64,000 bases of DNA from Gordius albopunctatus. Its lineage: Eukaryota. This document shows, one piece after another, positions 40,201-56,120 of the stretch. The first letter of the stretch is position 1. Each line of letters opens with the position of its first letter. Made by a program: the position numbers and the translations under genes. The notes below the pieces were generated by a model that made no database searches, was not told where the DNA came from, and saw only the letters and a program-made list of their open reading frames with translations. The stretch is from NCBI GenBank assembly GCA_964276515.1, contig OZ193909.1, positions 20,770,001 through 20,834,000 on the forward strand. The letters run 5' to 3'.

Positions 40201-41500
40201 GAAATGTTGATCATCGCATAATGAAAATGGCTGATTGGCATTTATAATATATTTTATAATTGCCATTTGGGTGGACTGTTTATCCATAGGGCGGTCTAGA
40301 ACCATCTGTTTAAATTTTTCCTTTTTAAGGTCACAAGAATTCCAAGGTTTATTTTTAATTGCACTTTTTATTTCATCAACTTTACGAGAATGAGAAACCT
40401 AATTTTAGAATATTATTTATACGAATACTCATTTATTAATTATTACCTTTATATGTCTCCATAGATTGGCTGTTGATGTTCTTGATGCAGCAATAATCTT
40501 CTTACCTACACACAATTTACACCTGGCCCTGATTGAATTTTTATTAGACGATACGAATTTAAAATAATCTTCCATCGAAGGCCAAGGTAAAGAGTTGGGT
40601 AGATCAGAACATGCTGCATCATTCACACTATCCACTTCGGAAGATATATTAGAAGTAGAACCACTATCAATTTCCATCTTTAAAAATAAATCACAATTAA
40701 ACAAATGATTCTTACTGACAATAATACAGGTTCGATTGCAGTTTTCTATAAATATTTAAAGCGCGTTTAATAAATCGTCTTGTTTATAAAACAATCAAGC
40801 TCTGCTTATAAATTCAGTTTAAATAATAATTTTTGCGATGAACTAGTTCATTTATATTGTAAAGTTCAAGTTCAACTTTAAAAAAAGGAACTAGTTCAAG
40901 TTCATAGTTCAATTTTTGGAAAGGTAACTAGTTCAGTTCGAAGTTCAGACAAAAGTGAACTAGTTCAAAATGAACTAGTTCTTAACAGCTCTACATAACA
41001 GTTAGGAGGCCCCCTTGATCTGCAATCTTCACCCACATAGGGGTGTCTGAACAACGCTTCACTTCGACCACCTTGTCTTTGAACGATTCGCTTAGAACAA
41101 TACCGACCCCGTTTCTACCATTTGATGACCCACTGTAGAATAGTTTGTAGCCTTCTCCTGACTCCCGGGATTTGGTTCCGTTCCACCTAGTCTCCTGTAG
41201 GCAGGCAATGTGTACTTTGACCTCGATGCTCTTCCCCGTCAACGTTCCCACATTCCAGCACGTTATTCGCATTCTTTACACAACTAGTTTCCTTAACGGC
41301 CTTCGTTGTGAGTTGGGCATTAACCCTAGTGTATTTTTTACATTGCACGAGCAGGGTATGCAGTGCGCGTCTTTTGTGGAGGACGCCCTAGTCTTTTCTC
41401 GTAAAATCTTGTTTGATACTATCATAATTTTGGAGTTGGTTTTTATATCCGGTTTGACATGACGCCAACCCTCCAATTTTGCACACGGACTCGGAAACAT
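37290..41500 (-). mobile_element. 5' half of an RTE-clade LINE fragmented by at least three insertions
   Basis: Motifs RITCWNVGTLTGKS...IACLQETRW...GRNGVGIV, CAYAPQ, IIGADFNAH, NTYFQKREDHIVTYRS...SQIDY and LAKIREKKSRD...VMERWKGYF. Insertions at ~37880-38190, ~38433-38916 and 39121-40993. Confidence 0.85.
39121..40993 (-). mobile_element. Internally deleted hAT transposon (BED finger and C-terminal dimerisation region retained)
   Basis: TIR tagagctgttaa / ttaacagctcta. The 8-bp TSD cataacgg / cataacag matches 7/8. Many palindromic gaactagttc subterminal repeats. BED finger ARCKLC...STANLWRHIK at 40429-40704, then AAVLHPMFK and FIKYNICLPSSAPVERL at 39708-40163. The catalytic middle is missing. 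Confidence 0.9.
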
Positions 41501-42118
41501 CGTAGGTAGTGTCTAAATGTTAATCTCTGCTTACATGGAAGCATTTAATTTATTCCAGTAAATAAATAATAGCGATTGTCGAAAGAGGGGAAACAACGCA
41601 CGCGAAATGTGAAAACATAAAATAATAATTCCTATATATTTTGAGTGTATAAGGCAGATTCTCAGAACCAACATAACATTAATGTAATGTGTTGCGCGCT
41701 AGTCACCAACTAGTAATTGCTCTGTACTGTAGTAAAGTTAAAGTCATCCAACTTGTTTGTTCTCATGCCGAGTCCTACGAAATGTTTAAGAGGGTTGCTT
41801 AGAGAAATCAAAAACTTTAATTTGCACCTATTTTATCAAAACGCATATTAAAATTTTACTAGGTTATGGTTTTAGATATTTTATATTTTGAGTAACATAG
41901 CCATTTCATTTTTTGAAAGTTTTTTTGTATTCATGTTAAAAAAAAAAACTGATCTAAAAGTTTTTTTTGAATCAAGTTAATTAAAAAAAGGTAAATTTTG
42001 CTACATAGATGAATAAAATGTAGTAAGAATCTTGGCTAATTTGAATACTTTTTCCTTTTTCATAAACATCAGCTGTTTCTCAAATTCAGATTTTGCCATA
42101 CGTGCCTCTTTAGGACAT

Positions 42119-46331
<4,213 letters not shown>

Positions 46332-47788
46332 AATTTCATCACACATATTGTATGTATATTATTTGTTTCAAGACTATCGCTAGGGAAGAAGCCCAAGAAA
46401 AGACGACACGAGTGCATTCATTCATTACTACTACCCCCTTCTTATTCACACCACTCTCAATTTATGTCTTTTTTTGATTCAACGTGCAATTTTGTTTATC
46501 ACATTCCGCTTCTAATGTGTTTTGCATTCCACGGTAAACATTGTATCACCCTCTCGTATTATCCTTTTGTTGTTCAACTGCACCTTACTTTTTGTACTCA
46601 GCCTGCCTAGCTAGACAGTCACATACTAGCGCCAGCACCTTTCAATGATATTACCTTTACATATATAAGTTAATGATTGAAACTTGTAATATATCGTTTT
46701 GCGGGGCCGTGGCGTAGCTAGGGGGCTGCCAAAGGGACCAAGTCCCTCCGACATCAAAATCCTTTCGCCCCCTCAAGGGTGAAATCTTTTTTGAATCGCA
46801 TTAACCCCTCCCCCTCGCTTCCCACTTAAGCGAAAAACGCTAGCTGCGCCACTATGCGCGGCTCATATTTTATTCGCTTTTAGAGCTCTTGTAGTCTAGC
46901 TAATTACACCCTTCATGGGTTAAATTTTATATATTTATTCATATTTTTGCGTGGATTATAGCTATAATAGCCTTTCAAATCTTTTATGAATGTACCGAAT
47001 TGGTATATATATCGACTAAGTGAATGAAACATTTGAAATTGTTTAATACGCCTAATGATTTTTTGTATTTGAATATTCAAGAATAGAATAACAAAAAAAA
47101 ACTAAGGAGAACATGTATGACCCCGGGCATTTTTTTGATTTCTAGAAAATGAGTTTTTTCCAAACGTCTCTGGAATTAAAAATATGGACTGTTATAGTGT
47201 ACAAATTTTCTAACATATTATTCGTGATTAAAAACATTTTTATGGGAAAAATTTCTTTAAAATAGTTTAAATATTTTTTGTTTAGAGTTTTTTGATTTTT
47301 TATAGCTACGATGATAGCCCGGTCTCCCCTTCTATTTTTTAATCTCCCCGTAACGATAATCAAATGCGTTATCGGAATTGGCACTGCAATTTTTTATTTA
47401 CCGAATTGAAATAAGTTGGTTAGACATTCATTATTGTTAAATCCATTATTTAATTAAAAATTTGAATCATCTAACCAAGCGTGCAGACATAAACATATAT
47501 TTGAAATATATTGTTCGGGACTGTTTAGTGTGTTTTCTAAGTCTCAGAATATTAGTATTAATTTATTAGGTGAAATATTACAAATAATATAGCTACGACA
47601 CTATAATAATAACATGCCTTATTTTTAAAACTTAACTGTTTTTATTTATGCAATGCGCACAAAAAGTTACTCTTTTGCTTTAGGTGATTTCTCAAAATCT
47701 TTTAGAAATTAGATAAAATTTGTATGATTTAAAATAGACAACTCAGAATCTGGATTTCTTGAACCAAACATATTTCATTGCGGTCATT

Positions 47789-48357
47789 AGAGTTGTTATT
47801 GCTCGTAACAAACCACCTTGTTTAAAATGCTCGTTAGCATTATGAGTGCTCGCTGTTTGGTGCACTAGGCAGAACAGTAGCATATAAAAATACTCGAGAG
47901 GCGAGTCGAAGCAGCAAAATCTGCTTAAGCGTTGAGCAGATTGCCCGAGCAGTAAACTCGAGCAGATAGCAGATATGATTGCTATTTGCTACGATTTAGT
48001 AACTTTAAATATTTGCTCATATTCTCTATCATAAATTAATTAAGAATTTTGCCCCCCCCTCCTCTTGTTTACCCTCTTTCTCACCAGGAGGGGGGGGGGC
48101 CTTTTTACCCTTTTCTCACACGGGGACAAAAAAGGGAGGGGCAAAGTGTAGAGTTACTAAAACGTAGCAAATAGCAATCATATCTGCTATCTGCTCGAGT
48201 TTACTGCTCGGGCAATCTGCTCAATGCTTGAACAGATTTTGCTGCTTCGACTCGCTTCTCGAGCATTTTTATATGCTACTGTTCTCCCTACTGCTCCGAA
48301 CAGCGAGCCGATCATTAATTGTACTAACGAGCATTTGAAGCAATTTAACACCACTAG
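47789..48357. repeat. Two inverted copies of the 35467-family MITE forming a ~210-bp-arm inverted repeat
   Basis: 47789-48008 is the reverse complement of 48149-48357 (e.g. gagcagtaaactcgagcagatagcagatatgattgctatttgctacg / cgtagcaaatagcaatcatatctgctatctgctcgagtttactgctc). The spacer is ~140 bp. Confidence 0.85.
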
Positions 48358-49001
48358 CTGACAAGTGTTAAAACTAATTATAAAATCAATCCACATGCAT
48401 AATTTTTATGAAAACTACTGTACTCAATCGTAAAATGATGTCAAGAAGACTGAAGTAGTGTATATAACAAATGTTCAATTTATTCACGTGTCATCATCAA
48501 TTAGCTCATATTCTGTAAATACATTAAGGTGACATGAAGAATATTAGGGTGAAGAATAACAAAAAGGCAATGAACATTAAACATGGAAACTTTCTTTCAT
48601 TTTAACTTGATGGGTTCACAATGTTTGGCATTGATGACACACACTTTGGGAAATGACCACACCAGATCCAAATAATACCACATCCTGCTCTCCGGGTAGA
48701 TGAGGCAAGAGAATGGTATTAGGAATACGTACCAGTCCACCATCATGTAACATATCGGCCACGCTAAATCATGCAATAATATTATTACACATCTTTCATG
48801 TGTCATTTAGTTGCTGAGTTCATACATGGGCGCAATCCCTCCAAATCCAAAAACTTTTGAAATTTATCAACATTATGGCTAGCCCCTCCCTGATTCATTC
48901 CCCCCCCCTCTAATTCTAATGCTAGCTACCCCCATGACCTAACTATGTGGTGCACTTTTTGAAATGTATCTAGTGTTGTTAAAACGGCTGACTTGGTTTT
49001 A

Positions 49002-49192
49002 CTAACAGGCTCGCTTCTGGTCTCTTTTTCGAAATTGAACCAAGGCTAGAGGTCGTCAAAGAAAAAGAGAGCAGAGTCCGTGCAAATGTTATCAAGAGCG
49101 ATACACTCACCTATGAATATGAGTATGGCTATCCAAATAGCTGACCAAAAGTATTTGTGGACTTTTGTCTGATTCGAATCCTGATCAGGCAT
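49002..49192 (-). CDS. Candidate spliced 41-aa single-pass membrane micropeptide
   Basis: Exon 49192-49111, a 65-nt intron (ag|GTGAGT ... ctctgctctctttttctttgacgacctcTAG|) and exon 49045-49002 give MPDQDSNQTKVHKYFWSAIWIAILIFIALVQFRKRDQKRAC*. An acceptor ttcttctctcAG lies 14 nt upstream of the ATG, and AATAAA is at 48484-48479. Confidence 0.6.
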
Positions 49193-50133
49193 ACTATTCT
49201 TATTGGCTGAGAGAAGAAATGCCGAAAGAAGCTTAGTTCGATGATACTATTATAAGGATTGGTTGTTGTTAATGGAAAGAATTATAGGAAACGCATTGTC
49301 GCCACCTCGTTAAACAACAATTTATGTTATCAATTGTTGCGTCATTAACTGCCTTGCAAGTTGAAAAACACTTTTAATTTCAACCTTAATAACTGCCATT
49401 TTCGAATTTTTACAATTATTATTTTAAAATTAATTAATAATTTTTTCATAATATAAATTTAAAAAAATCATCAAGCTTTAAAAATGCCAAGGAATTAGAA
49501 CCTCTACTTTTTTATTGCTTTTTAGAGTATGCCAACTCAAATGAATAAAAAAATGTTTTAATCTAAAGATCATAGAGAATACAAATGTAATATAATTATA
49601 TTTGACTTAACACAAATATAAAAAGGGTCAAGATGACAATAGCGATCTTAAAAGACAGATGCTGCAATAACTCTTTTAATAGTTTAAAAGTCTAATTCTC
49701 TTTCATACTACAATAAGTTAAATTTTGTCATATGTCTTTATGAGAATGAGGAATGGCCAGGACTAGCCCCGACCCCTATTTTTTTAAACAATTCATAATT
49801 TAACATGTTATAATGGAAATATAAATTAAATCATTAGACGTTTTTATAGAAAAAAATCGTTTATAAGATAAATCTAAAATTAGAGTCAACGTAAAAATTG
49901 TATGTGTATAAAACAAAATTTTGTCCGTGCTAAAATCAATCCCAAAAACCCGTTTGTCCCCTAATCTAATTTTGTTTTTTCTCAAATATAAAATGACAAA
50001 GTAGACATAGTGAAAATTTTATGTTTTATGATTATTAATTTAAGAAATGATTAAAAAGATAAAAGTAACCCCGGTCTACTATCCTTTCATAATTACCTTA
50101 AAAATTGTGGTAGCATGCTTATGTATAAGTGAA

Positions 50134-50859
50134 TAGAGATATGCACGGGCCGGCCAGCGGGCGAGTACGGACGGGCTTTGTATCATAAAAATTTTAACGG
50201 GCCGGGCCCGGACGGGCCTAAAAATTAATGGAACGGGCTCGGGCGGGCCTGAGATTTTTTTAACGGGCTTGAACGGGCCTGAAGTTTTATAAGTGGGCTT
50301 AAACGAACCAGAGATTATATAAAAGGTCTTGGAGTTACAAAGGTGCTTAAACATAAAACAATTAGAAAAAACAAAAAGTCAATATTTAGATGAAACTATT
50401 GACTTTGAGACAGATTTCGATCTGTTAAAATTGTGGAAAGCCAAAGAGGACAAGTATTATATCCTAAATTAGCACATATGATATTATGTATACCTACTAC
50501 GAGTGCCACCAGCGAGCGAAATTAAGAAAGGCGAACTCGCCTAAAACCAGAAATTGTTGATGATTTATTATTTTTACATGATAATTATTGATGTCTTTCT
50601 ATGAATATGTCAAAAAATTAAATAAAATTTTGTGAAATTTTTGATGAATTAGGACGGACGCGGAGTTCGTTTAAAAAAATTTTTAACAGGCTTGGACGGG
50701 CCTGAAAAATTTACGGACGTGCTCGGACGGGCCTAAAAAATTTACTGACGGGCCTGAAGTGTTGAAAAAAAATTACGGGCGGGCCCGGACGCGCCTTGAA
50801 ATTTTAAAAACGGGTACGGGCGGGCCGACCATCTAAAAACGGCCCGTTGCAGATCTCTA
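50134..50859 (+). mobile_element. Non-autonomous hAT element with a remnant of the dimerisation domain
   Basis: TIR tagagatatgca / tgcagatctcta. Perfect 8-bp TSD taagtgaa at 50126-50133 and 50860-50867. acgggc subterminal repeats. Internal remnant FDLLKLWKAKEDKY...ILCIPTTSATSER...LKPEIVDDLLFLHDN. Confidence 0.9.
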
Positions 50860-51019
50860 TAAGTGAATGCAAAAGTTAAAGTTTAGAGGCAAATTATACT
50901 ACTAAAGGAGATTGCATTAAGTCCAAAATAACAAAGGTGTATAGTATTAACTTGACATATATAATAGGAGATTATGTAAACCTATAACATCTCAATTTAA
51001 TTAAAATGACGTTCTAAGG

Positions 51020-51790
51020 AGGAGAAAAATCGATATCGCGTGTATACAAGAGACCAAATGGAAGGGCCATAAAGCAAAATACATAGGGGACGGATACAAA
51101 TTATATTTTTATGGTACAGAAACTCATCAGCAAACTGTCGTCGACGCTAAAAGAATCAATAACAGAATTATGGCGATACAGCTTTGTTATAAATCTAAAT
51201 ATTTAGGATCAACACTTCAATCGGATGGTGAAATGGATAAAGAGATCCAAGCAAGGATAAATTCTGGATGGTTCAAGTGGAGGGACTTGACAGGTGTTCT
51301 GTGTGACAAAAACATCCCAACAAGACTAAAAAGTGCACTGTATAAATCCATCATACAGCCAATAGTCCTGTATAGCTCGGAATCATGGGCTATTATACGT
51401 AAAAGAGAAGAGCAACGTCTTGCGACCATGGAGATGAGAATGCTAAGATGGGTGCTAGGAGTAAGCAAAAAGGACCATAGGCGAAATGAGGAAATAAGAA
51501 GAATTTTGGGTACTACATCAATTGCGACAAAGCTCCTAACAAATAGACTAAGATGGTATGGCCATGTCGAAAGAATGGACGATAGCCACTTAGGAAAGAA
51601 AATCGAGTTGATAAATTTCGCAGGAAAACGAAAGAGAGGAAGACCCAAGCAGGTTACCTGTATTCATAAAATACGGCATGATATGAAAGTCCACAAGATA
51701 AAGAAAGATCTATGTAAACATAGAAACAAATGCTGAAACGACTGACCACCAGCCTTGGTGACAAGCAGTGATAGAAAGAAGAAGTAGAAT
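51020..51790 (+). mobile_element. Internally deleted RTE-clade LINE (5' endonuclease start fused to the post-RT 3' end)
   Basis: 51030-51188 matches 24808-25001 (IACIQETKWKG...IMAIQLC) and runs directly into KYLGSTLQSDG...RINSGWFKWR...RLRWYGHVERM...GKRKRGRPK (matching ~28000-28330). It ends in a gaa-rich tail. Confidence 0.85.
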
Positions 51791-54700
51791 AAAACATTTT
51801 GAAAAATATCCAAGGGTTAATCAAGTTTGACTATACTTTTTTAAAAGATTACGGCAAAAGATTTTATTGCCATATCTATTTATGATACAAAAATTGTCAT
51901 TTTGTATAATTTTTTAAGCTCATTACTTCTATATCCCTCTCCACCACCTAACCTACAACAACAACCTAGATCGAAATGTAAATGGCGGTGAGTCTTAGTT
52001 TGAAGCAAGCAAAGCCCCCCCCCTTTTATAATAGCCACAACAACACTTACCCATCGGTTTGAAGAGCGGTGTTTCAGAAGAATTTTTATTTCAAAAACGT
52101 TTTATTGGAAAATTGGGACCTTACAAAGAAATTATTGATATAAAATTTTAATATCTTAAAATTTTCCTTGCAATATGAGTGCTCCTTTTAATCGAGTGCC
52201 AAACAAAAGAGACATAAATTATGATTATAATATGTGTTGAAAACCTTTGTTTGATAGCTAGCTATCAAGATTTATGTGCAGGCGCCACCGACTAGCTCGT
52301 AAAATTTTAAAGTTTTAGCTCTACTTACCAAAAAACCAGTTGCAAAGCTAAATTTAACAAGATGTTGCGGGTTTTTTCATAACCACAACAATTATGAAAA
52401 TGGCATTGAAAGGAAAAATAAACCTCCAAAACACATAGTTGCTTTCTCACGGCAAATATCAAAGAATATAATACTAAAACATGGGCGTGGCCAGGCTTTG
52501 GATTTGGTGGGGGGGGCGGCGGCGGCTACGGGCATGTAGTAAAATATAAAATTACATAATAAATTTGAAATTCATTTGTACAAAGAAAGATTAGAAGGTT
52601 AGTAGGGAAAGGTTGTTTGACTACTCGCTTCCCACTTTGACGCATGTTGTGGGTGGGTCTGGGTGGGTAGTTATAATAAACGAAACTACTCCAAGGTAAT
52701 AAAAATAATTGTTGGTAGGGGGGGGGGGCGACCTTCCTCTCCCCTCAACAACAGCCCACCCCTCCTTTTAGGAAATATCGTCATTTTGTTCCACCCATCA
52801 TCATACTGCTACACATTGAGATTAGAAAAAGAGAAATCAATCAATCAATAGCCACCCTCCTGTGTTTGTTTGCGGTTTGCCTGATACAATACAATATTAG
52901 TAGTTGAAGGAGTGTGACTTTTTAGGGAAGTAAAGACATGTCTAATCACGACCCCTCTCGGCTCTCCTTATCTTATTTGGAAGACAGGTGGGTTTGCTCC
53001 TCAACACATCAATATCACGATATACGTATATGCACAATTAACCTTCTTTCCCGGTCGCCATCTTGAAATGAGCAGCAAAAAAGGGTGGTCGCATAAATTA
53101 TATCGATAAATGAATGTTGACCACTTCTCTGCAAAATGTAATATAGGCAAGGGTTAGGGTTAGATTCAGTGATTCATTTGATAATATGTATTTATTTATA
53201 AAATAGTATTATACATTTTGATATAACTTATTTTGTTTCAATTAACAATTATAGTATCCTTTTATTACCTACTTTTTTAGTATATATTACATGCGTATGA
53301 ATATGCGTGAAAACCGGTCTCAATTTGCGAATATTACATTATTAGATTTTGCACATATTACATTTTGCACCAGATTCATGTTGACGCTTTACAAAAATTA
53401 TATGACAAAGCGCGTCTTTCGTTGAAGGCATATTAAAAGAGCAGCTACTAGTGCCTCGCGCGACATCCACTCTTTTGTTGTTGTTGTTATTCTTTCATTT
53501 GAACGCCCAATCACGCACCCTGCCTCCCCATCCACGAGTTAATTAAATTTATATCATTTCCGATAAATTTGCTATTTATTTTTCAATCATTATTATCAAC
53601 TTGCTTTGGCGATTCTTGAAGAGAATTAGGTAATAATATCATCATACTTTTTTTGTATAAATAATCGCTTTATTAACGCACACAAAAATTAATTTATTGC
53701 GCCTCATATAATTACAACATGTTAAATATTTTGACTTTTTTGTTGTGAAATTTCTTTTCGAGGGTCAAAGTAGTTAATTAATGACAGAAATTGTAATTTT
53801 TCGAATTTAAAATAAAGCCAAATTTTAAGATTTAAAAGTTTAATAAATTTTAAATTCGCTCATTTATAAAAAGGATTTATACTCAACCGGTCTAATGCTC
53901 AAATAATCTAATGCACAAAAATTGTAATTTAAACATTATTAGATAAGTGTATCTCTAACCCTAACCCTATAAAGTATTGTAAATGCATATTAACTTATTA
54001 TAAAGCATTTTATCTAACCTATGAAAGAAAATAATAAAAAATTTGAACTTCATATATTATATGCTTAATATATGTTTTTGCGCCCTTTTAAAGCGTTTTT
54101 AACATGATTAAATATAAAATTAATTAGTTATAAGCATTCTTTGCAAATTTTACATTACTTGAGAATTAGATCACTTAGCAAATACGATGAAAAGTCATAT
54201 GTACATATTGGTATAAGGGGGAAGGAAGCAGGGACCAGCCCATGAATGCACAAAATATAGCGTATGTTAATTTTGCTATGGGCAAGGAAGCGAGAAAGAT
54301 CTCAACCTGATGATTTATTTAACAAGCAAGTATAACGATAAAATCAATAATAATAATAGTAATAATAATAGGATATCTTGTATGCTATTTTATAGAAGCC
54401 TTTAAATTAAATAAAAATTGTCAAAATTGGTTATAAACAAGTTATAGCGAAAGGATCTTAATTTATAATATCTAGCCAGACATGGGGGGGGGGTGCTGTA
54501 GGAGTCCTAAAAATGCAATACAAAAGAGTATATTAAATAGGGAAATCATAACTTTATTTTAAATAAAAGAATTCAGAAAGTTCTATAACTTTCCGCAAAT
54601 TCCATACTCCAAAATCTAATAGGAGGGCCTACTATTTTTACATGGTTGGAATCAGATGTCAGATTTGTTTAAACATTTTTGCCCGAACCCTTCTACATGT

Positions 54701-55924
54701 CCCCCCGGCCACACCCTATTTATTAGAGCTGCCCGAACCGCCCGGCCCGATATCAGAGATTTTTTTAAATTATAGTAGCGGTGGCGTCGTTTTTTGCAAA
54801 ATATTTTATGCTATTCTCTGATTTTTTGGATAGGAACTAGGATCAAAAACTATTTAATTTAGCAGTCGAGCGACCGTACACCACAAATTTGGTGGCCAAA
54901 AATACCACCAAAAGTCTACTTCATTTTACTTGCATTAATATGCAACAGGCGCTCCTTGCTCCGCACGAGCCAATAATTTTATTATTTTTATCAATACAAG
55001 AAGTTATGGAATGTTTCAAGCGCTTTTTATATATTATCTAAAGTACTTTTCTTTACTATAATCGAAGGTAGAAGAGAGGGCCTCGTTTACCCCCTTAACA
55101 AATATTTTTAAACATTTAGGTTTGCCCTTAAAAAGGCTATAAAATTTTAAAAGCAAGTTAGCACATGAAACTAATTTTTGGCTACTAGTGCCATGCAAAA
55201 TTAGCTTTCATCGAGCCCGATATTTTTATCTCCAATTTGTCCCAGGATCCAAGTCCAATTTTTTTTATTTTTTAGTTCAAACGTGGAGCGAAATCCTTTA
55301 AAATCGCAGATTTAAGGTAAATTTTGCATTTGAAACTTATTTATCACATTTATATTACATCATATGAACAAATTGGTAGATTATCCTAATAGGTAATAAA
55401 CAAGAATAAATATGATAGAAATCAAGATTATTAACATCTAACTACAAATTTATTAATAAAAGATTTTAAAGGTTTAACTTTAAGATTGGCCCCGATTACC
55501 CTATAATCCTCATCTTGTGTTTTAGAGGGCCTCTCCAAATCCACTTTAATTAATAGATCCTTTATTAAACAACAACCCAGAACTGTCAGGCGTGGATGGC
55601 CGAGCATCACCCCTTATCCAAATATTTAAAGAAGCTGACCACCTTCGTGTGACAACAAACAGCGATTGGAGAAGTTGTTTATATTTCGATAGTGATTTAG
55701 CAAGGATGATGATTCTTAGGAATTATAATTTTGATGAATTTTTGGATTTAGGGGGGGGGGGGGGCTCACCCTGGCTACGCCCATGGATGAATTTATTTTT
55801 GAGCCCAGAATGAAGATACATTAACAACAACATACATACATAAGCTGGCGCCGGCCCAATTTATTTCAACCATCTCTAAGCAAATGGCAGCAGTAAAGTA
55901 AAGCTCAGCATCAGCAGTCATTCT

Positions 55925-56120
55925 GATTTTTAACTTTTAACCTCTTAGCTTAGTCAATCAAAGTTCTTTATATAACTCAAAGCAACTTGATTTATTTTTT
56001 TGTATCGAATACATATTTAGAAGATTTTTAACTTTTAACCTCTTAGCTTAGTCAATCAAAGTTCTTTATATAACTCAAAGCAACTTGATTTATTTTTTTG
56101 TATCGATTACATATTTAGAA
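55925..56120. repeat. 98-bp tandem duplication (2 copies, one substitution)
   Basis: The unit gatttttaacttttaacctcttagc...acatatttagaa starts at 55925 and 56023. Confidence 0.95.

Noticed and set aside
39121..40993. Regularly spaced palindromic GAACTAGTTC repeats resembling a CRISPR or operator array
   Set aside because: They are subterminal repeats of a TIR/TSD-bounded hAT element in a eukaryotic genome, with no constant repeat-spacer structure.
48597..48806. 69-aa minus-strand ORF as a gene
   Set aside because: No recognisable motif, and it lies in the predicted 3' UTR of the micropeptide candidate. A second smORF is not strictly excluded.
53148..53968. Short TTAGGG/CCCTAA tracts as telomeric sequence
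   Set aside because: Only ~2 units each, internal, and probably parts of degraded DNA-transposon ends.
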